From positions 1 through 38,232 of the IMG/VR virus record IMGVR_UViG_3300030376_005856: DNA of 38,232 nt; one strand, 5' to 3'. The translations under genes and the position numbers were made by a program. This stretch comes from a virus (taxonomy: Duplodnaviria; Caudoviricetes). This document shows positions 33,470-38,232 of this stretch, piece after piece. Under the pieces are notes generated by a model that saw only the letters and a list, made by a program, of their open reading frames with translations, was not told the DNA's origin and ran no database searches. How positions within the stretch are numbered: the stretch's first letter is position 1; each line of letters begins with the position of its first letter.

Positions 33470-35251
33470 ATGACTTATAATATTAAAATAGACTATAAAC
33501 AGGACAAATTATTGCCTGAATTTAGTATAAAAACTTTAGAAGATAGGTATATGGTAGCGGGAGAAACGTCTCCACAAGAAGCATTTGCTAGAGCAGCTGC
33601 TGAGTACTCGGATAGTGATGAGATGGCACAACGAATATATGAGTATGCAAGCAATCTTTGGTTCATGTTCAGTACACCTATTCTATCAAACGGAGGAACA
33701 TCTAGAGGGCTACCTATTAGCTGTTTCTTGAATTATATCCCTGATAGTAGGGAAGGAATAACAGACCATTACACAGAAAATGCGTGGCTTTCTTCAGTTG
33801 GAGGCGGCATTGGAGGCTATTGGGGTTCTCTTAGAAGTGTCGGGTCTAAAACATCTCATGGGAGCGAAAGTACAGGTGTGATACCTTTTATGAAGGTAGT
33901 TGATGCAGAAATGCTTGCTTTCTCACAAGGCGTTACAAGACGTGGCAGCTATGCCGCATACTTAGATATTAGTCACCCTGAGATAGAAGAATTTTTAGAT
34001 GTTCGTAAGCCAACAGGCGGAGACATAAATAGAAAATCCATAAACCTTCATCACGCAGTTGTAATACCTGATGCGTTTATGCAACTTATAGATAGAGCAA
34101 CAAGAGAAGAAGGGTTTGATGATGGCTGGGATTTGATCGATCCACATAGTGGAGAAGTGAAGAAAACAGTTTCAGCAAAAACATTATGGGTAAAGTTAAT
34201 CCAAAATAGAGTTGAGACAGGAGAGCCATACATCATGTTTGGTGATGCAGTAGACGAGGCACTTCCAGAGTTTCAAAAGAATCTTGGATTAAAAGTAAAT
34301 CAAAGCAACTTATGTAGTGAGATAACTCTCCCTACAAACGATGATAGAACAGCAGTTTGTTGTCTATCAAGTGTGAATTTGGAAAAGTTTGATGAGTGGA
34401 GTAAACACCCTCACTTTATTGAAGATCTAATAAGATTCTTAGATAACGTACTTGAAGCTTTTATAGAAAAAGCACCAGATTCACTTGCTAAAGCAAAATA
34501 TAGCGCACAACAAGAGCGTAGTATTGGACTAGGAGCGATGGGATTCCATGCGTATTTACAGAAAAATAATATACCCTTTGAGTCGCCTATGGCAAAAGGG
34601 TTTAATCTACGAGCTTTTGCACATATTAAAGAGAGGGCTACACAAGCTACAAAAGACCTTGCATTGGAGCGAGGTGAGTGTCCAGATGGAATCGGCTATG
34701 GAGTTCGCAACGCGCACTTATTGGCGATTGCTCCAAACGCTAGTAGCGGTATTATTTGTGGTAATACTAGCCCTAGCATTGAGCCTTACAGGGCTAATGC
34801 TTTTACTCAGAAAACTAAGACAGGCAGTTCTTTACTTAGGAACAAATTTCTTGAAAAACTACTCGAGGACAAAGGATTTAATACTGAAGAGGTATGGAAA
34901 TCAATAATTACGAATAGTGGAAGTGTACAGCATTTAGATTGTTTAACGGAGTGGGAGAAGAATGTATTTAAAACAGCAGTAGAACTTGACCAAAGATGGG
35001 TTGTAGATCATGCTGCAGATAGACAAGAGTTTGTGTGTCAAGCACAGAGTTGTAATATATTCTTTCCCGCTGACGTTTCTAAGCAAGAACTTCATAATGT
35101 GCACATGAGAGCCTGGGGCAGAAGAATGAAAACGCTATACTATTTAAGAAGTGAGGCTCTAAAAAGAGCTGATGTAGTCTCTGACAAAGTCTTAAGAGAG
35201 TACATTTTTGATTATCAAGACGAAGAAGGCTGTTTAGCCTGCGAGGGATAA
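33470..35251 (+). CDS. nrdA: class Ia ribonucleotide reductase alpha subunit
   Basis: STP, PISC, SNLCSE, C-terminal CLACEG; no ATP cone. Confidence 0.96.
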   Translation: MTYNIKIDYKQDKLLPEFSIKTLEDRYMVAGETSPQEAFARAAAEYSDSDEMAQRIYEYASNLWFMFSTPILSNGGTSRGLPISCFLNYIPDSREGITDHYTENAWLSSVGGGIGGYWGSLRSVGSKTSHGSESTGVIPFMKVVDAEMLAFSQGVTRRGSYAAYLDISHPEIEEFLDVRKPTGGDINRKSINLHHAVVIPDAFMQLIDRATREEGFDDGWDLIDPHSGEVKKTVSAKTLWVKLIQNRVETGEPYIMFGDAVDEALPEFQKNLGLKVNQSNLCSEITLPTNDDRTAVCCLSSVNLEKFDEWSKHPHFIEDLIRFLDNVLEAFIEKAPDSLAKAKYSAQQERSIGLGAMGFHAYLQKNNIPFESPMAKGFNLRAFAHIKERATQATKDLALERGECPDGIGYGVRNAHLLAIAPNASSGIICGNTSPSIEPYRANAFTQKTKTGSSLLRNKFLEKLLEDKGFNTEEVWKSIITNSGSVQHLDCLTEWEKNVFKTAVELDQRWVVDHAADRQEFVCQAQSCNIFFPADVSKQELHNVHMRAWGRRMKTLYYLRSEALKRADVVSDKVLREYIFDYQDEEGCLACEG

Positions 35252-35252
35252 A

Positions 35253-36215
35253 ATGAGTTTATTACTAGAAGAAAGAGAGTTTTATAAGCCATTCAATTAT
35301 GCTTGGGCTTATGAAGCATATAAAACACAAAATCAAATGCACTGGATTCCAGACGAAGTGAATCTTGCAGATGATTTAAAAGATTTTCGTGAGAAACTTA
35401 CACCAGATAATAAGTTATTATTAACTAATATCTTTAGGTTTTTCACACAAGCAGATGTAGATGTTGCGGGTGGTTATGCAAACCATTACTTACCAACATT
35501 TAAGCAACCAGAAGTACGAATGATGCTATCATCATTTGCAAATATGGAAGCAGTACATCAAGACGCATATTCTTTATTACTTGAAACACTTGGGTATTCA
35601 GATGATGAGTACCAGTTGTTTCATGAAGTACAAGCTATGCAAGAAAAACACGAGTATTTAAGTAATTTTACTATAGATACTCCGTATGAAATGGCAAAAA
35701 CAATGGCTGTATACAGCGCTTTCACAGAGGGCGTACAGTTATTTAGTAGTTTTGCTATTTTATTGAACTATCCCAGACATAACCTTATGAAAGGTATGGG
35801 ACAGATAGTGACATGGAGTGTACGAGATGAGACACTTCATGTTGAAAGTATGAGTCGTTTGTTTAAAGAGTTTATACGAGAAAATCCAGAGTTATGGAAT
35901 GATAAATTAAAGTATGAAATCTATTGTGCGGCTGAGAAGATTGTTGAACTTGAAGATCATTTTATTGACACTTGTTTCGACAATGCAGAGATACCAGATC
36001 TAAAAGCGAGTGATGTAAAAGAATATATTCGTTACATTGCTGATCGTAGATTACTTGGTATAGGCATGAAAACAATTTTTAATGCAAGAACAAACCCACT
36101 TCCGTGGTTAGACTATATACTCAATGGTGTTGAGCATACCAACTTTTTTGAAAACCGTGCTACAGAGTATGCTAAAGCGAGCACGACTGGAAATTGGCAG
36201 GATATATTTAAATGA
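35253..36215 (+). CDS. nrdB: class Ia ribonucleotide reductase beta subunit
   Basis: EAVH..AY, EG..LF, DETLH, NFFE. Confidence 0.96.
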   Translation: MSLLLEEREFYKPFNYAWAYEAYKTQNQMHWIPDEVNLADDLKDFREKLTPDNKLLLTNIFRFFTQADVDVAGGYANHYLPTFKQPEVRMMLSSFANMEAVHQDAYSLLLETLGYSDDEYQLFHEVQAMQEKHEYLSNFTIDTPYEMAKTMAVYSAFTEGVQLFSSFAILLNYPRHNLMKGMGQIVTWSVRDETLHVESMSRLFKEFIRENPELWNDKLKYEIYCAAEKIVELEDHFIDTCFDNAEIPDLKASDVKEYIRYIADRRLLGIGMKTIFNARTNPLPWLDYILNGVEHTNFFENRATEYAKASTTGNWQDIFK

Positions 36216-36454
36216 GTACTCAAGTAGATCAAGAACCGATTTTGGAACTAGATGGTGAAAAATACATCATATCAGAACTATCTGATGAAGCAAAAGTTAT
36301 TATTGGTAGACTTCAAATAAATGAAGACGAATTAGTAAAAGCACAGATAGTAGTTGAAAGGCTAATGCTTTCGAAAGAAGCATATACAAGTAGACTAAAA
36401 GATGCTGTAAAGGCAGAACCAGAATCTGAACCTGAAGAAGTAGTAACTTCTTAA
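36212..36454 (+). CDS. small acidic hypothetical protein
   Basis: overlaps the nrdB stop; DG..Y...LS..AK followed by a coiled coil. Confidence 0.7.
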   Translation: MSTQVDQEPILELDGEKYIISELSDEAKVIIGRLQINEDELVKAQIVVERLMLSKEAYTSRLKDAVKAEPESEPEEVVTS

Positions 36455-36455
36455 A

Positions 36456-36484
36456 TAAAAAACCCGCTTAGTGCGGGTTTTTTA
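36456..36484. terminator. bidirectional Rho-independent terminator
   Basis: AAAAAACCCGC-TTAGT-GCGGGTTTTTT between convergent genes. Confidence 0.9.
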
Positions 36485-36739
36485 TTATTCGATACTTTCT
36501 GTATCAGGATTCCATGTCTTACCTATATTAGAAACTTGTGATACCCATGTATCAATCTCAGACTGGGCTGCTGTTTGTGCCGCTTTTATTATCTGAGCAT
36601 CAGTATTACTGCCTGTTGTAACAGACTTACTAATTGCAAGTGATTTTCCTACCTCTGTTGTAACTACTAAAGTTACAAAAGTTTTTGAAGCATCATCTGG
36701 GTCAGTTTCAAACATATTTATTTCATATTTTAATGCCAT
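36485..36739 (-). CDS. small protein downstream of the tail fibre (possible fibre chaperone)
   Basis: AGGAG SD; genomic position. Confidence 0.65.
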   Translation of the reverse strand: MALKYEINMFETDPDDASKTFVTLVVTTEVGKSLAISKSVTTGSNTDAQIIKAAQTAAQSEIDTWVSQVSNIGKTWNPDTESIE

Positions 36740-36751
36740 TTTTTTCTCCTA

Positions 36752-38232
36752 TTAATTACCTTGGAACACAAAACAGGCGATAGTAACAGTAATTGTCGAT
36801 TGAATATAGTTAGCTAATATTACATCACCACCACTTATATAAACATTTAATTTATTATCTGTATTTGAACTATTTATAGCAATTCTGCCTGAAGGGTTTC
36901 CTACTTCTGTTGCTGCTGTTCCAGTTTCAGCAAATATTATACAATGATCATAAGTTATACCTACATTACTTCTATTTGCTCCTATAGAAATCAAAGCCGC
37001 AGTGTTTAAAATGCCTGATATTGTATAAGTTGCATTATTTGCTAGTGACATTGATCCATTGTTAAATAATAAATCTTGTCTGCCTCCTGTAATACCTCCC
37101 ATAAGCTTCAAGGTGCCATCATATTTAATAGCCATTTTTTCAGCAAGTGTTCCATTATCACTTGTAAAGAAATTTAATTCTCCATAAGCATTATTACCCC
37201 CTGCTATCTGTCTGCCTTCTATTTTTGCTATTTTTCCTTGTCCTGTTTCAAAGACTTGATTTACCCTTGATGGGTTATTATCAACGGTGCTTTTTAATGT
37301 TAGGTGTTCAAAGGTAGTTGAGTTTGTGCCTCCTGTAATTAAAAGTAATGGGTCATCTTCAATACGAACTCTTTCTGCACCACCTGCACCTACAATTAAG
37401 GCATCACTAGAATGGTTATAATCTAAAAATCCTGCATATTGTTGTGCACCAGATGTACCATCAGAAAAGTACAAACCTGATTGTGAAGAGTTTCCAGAAG
37501 CAATAGTTATTCCTGTTTCTCCTGCTCCTGCAACCACTAAGTTATCTGCATAAGCACTATAGCTTGTAGGGGTTGAAGTTCCTATACCAACATTTCCTGC
37601 TGAATCAATACGCACTCTTTCTGAACTACTCGTACCAAAACTCATTCTACTTTCACCATGATTGTATATCAGCCAGCCAGCATATTGTGCTGCACCAGAT
37701 GTTCCATCAGAAAACCAAATATTACCCGAATGATCTGTTGCAGATGCAATAGTCATTCCTACATTACCATCTGATTGATATAAAACTAAATCATCTGCAT
37801 CTCCATGTGCAGTTGTTGCATCTGATGCTCCAATAAGAACTCGCCCAGAGCTATCGATTCTTACTCTTTCGCTTCCATCTGTGTTGAAATTTATATAATT
37901 ATCATTTCTTATTCCAATAGCATTACTAAGATCAGAATTATCTCCTAAGAATAATCCACTAGATCCGCCCATCATATACAGGAAATTATTTGAGCTTGCT
38001 AAAATACTATTATTTAAACCTGAAAAAGAACTCACAGGACTAAATTCTAAGTGTCCTGCTTCTTGTAAAGTCATCATAGTTGTGCCTGCTTGTTGGAAAT
38101 CTAAGTCTTTAGCTGCATCAGTTGTAATTATACCTTCACTAACTCCATGACCAAGAGATAAAGTTCTTGTACCTATTGTGTCTAGTACATGAAGTGTAAA
38201 AGATGGTGAAGTAGTTCCGATACCAACATTAT
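36752..38232 (-). CDS. tail fibre / receptor-binding protein, 5' end beyond the window
   Basis: frame is open to the window edge; ERVRIDS.G.VGIG repeats; G/S/T-rich. Confidence 0.85.
   Translation of the reverse strand, partial: NVGIGTTSPSFTLHVLDTIGTRTLSLGHGVSEGIITTDAAKDLDFQQAGTTMMTLQEAGHLEFSPVSSFSGLNNSILASSNNFLYMMGGSSGLFLGDNSDLSNAIGIRNDNYINFNTDGSERVRIDSSGRVLIGASDATTAHGDADDLVLYQSDGNVGMTIASATDHSGNIWFSDGTSGAAQYAGWLIYNHGESRMSFGTSSSERVRIDSAGNVGIGTSTPTSYSAYADNLVVAGAGETGITIASGNSSQSGLYFSDGTSGAQQYAGFLDYNHSSDALIVGAGGAERVRIEDDPLLLITGGTNSTTFEHLTLKSTVDNNPSRVNQVFETGQGKIAKIEGRQIAGGNNAYGELNFFTSDNGTLAEKMAIKYDGTLKLMGGITGGRQDLLFNNGSMSLANNATYTISGILNTAALISIGANRSNVGITYDHCIIFAETGTAATEVGNPSGRIAINSSNTDNKLNVYISGGDVILANYIQSTITVTIACFVFQGN

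Noticed and set aside
12053-34907. many antisense or alternate-frame ORFs within core genes (e.g. 12850-13236, 19335-19652, 30558-31013, 34548-34907)
   Set aside because: Fully overlap well-supported genes and lack SDs and motifs
1-38232. prophage or alternative genetic code
   Set aside because: No integrase or repressor seen; core genes are full length under the standard code with TAA, TAG and TGA all used as stops

Overview
AT-rich fragment of a lytic T5-like (Demerecviridae-related) tailed phage genome, probably aquatic and infecting a proteobacterium (host is inference). From 14.8 to 33.5 kb the T5 replication block is present in T5 order: D2, D3, PC4-like, split NAD-dependent ligase A/B, D5, D6 helicase, primase, PolA, D10, D11, D12/D13, D14, D15. 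Class Ia nrdAB follows, then a bidirectional terminator and a convergent tail-fibre gene cut by the window edge. The left 14.8 kb is an accessory early region with many small genes, three A2-like DNA-binding paralogues, a lysis cassette and host-like genes (ppk2, rpsU/bS21, hsp20, iscA-like, mazG); ahpC and groES are inserted in the replication block. The most unusual content is non-coding: a ~600 nt densely structured RNA candidate (3777-4370), three Fur-box-like palindromes and promoter-linked repeats at 950-2500, further structured RNA candidates (2690-2805, 7420-7563, 9197-9375, 12525-12600), and a set of apparently leaderless genes. No tRNA, CRISPR array or integrase was recognised. All family calls come from motif recognition by eye, not from database searches.
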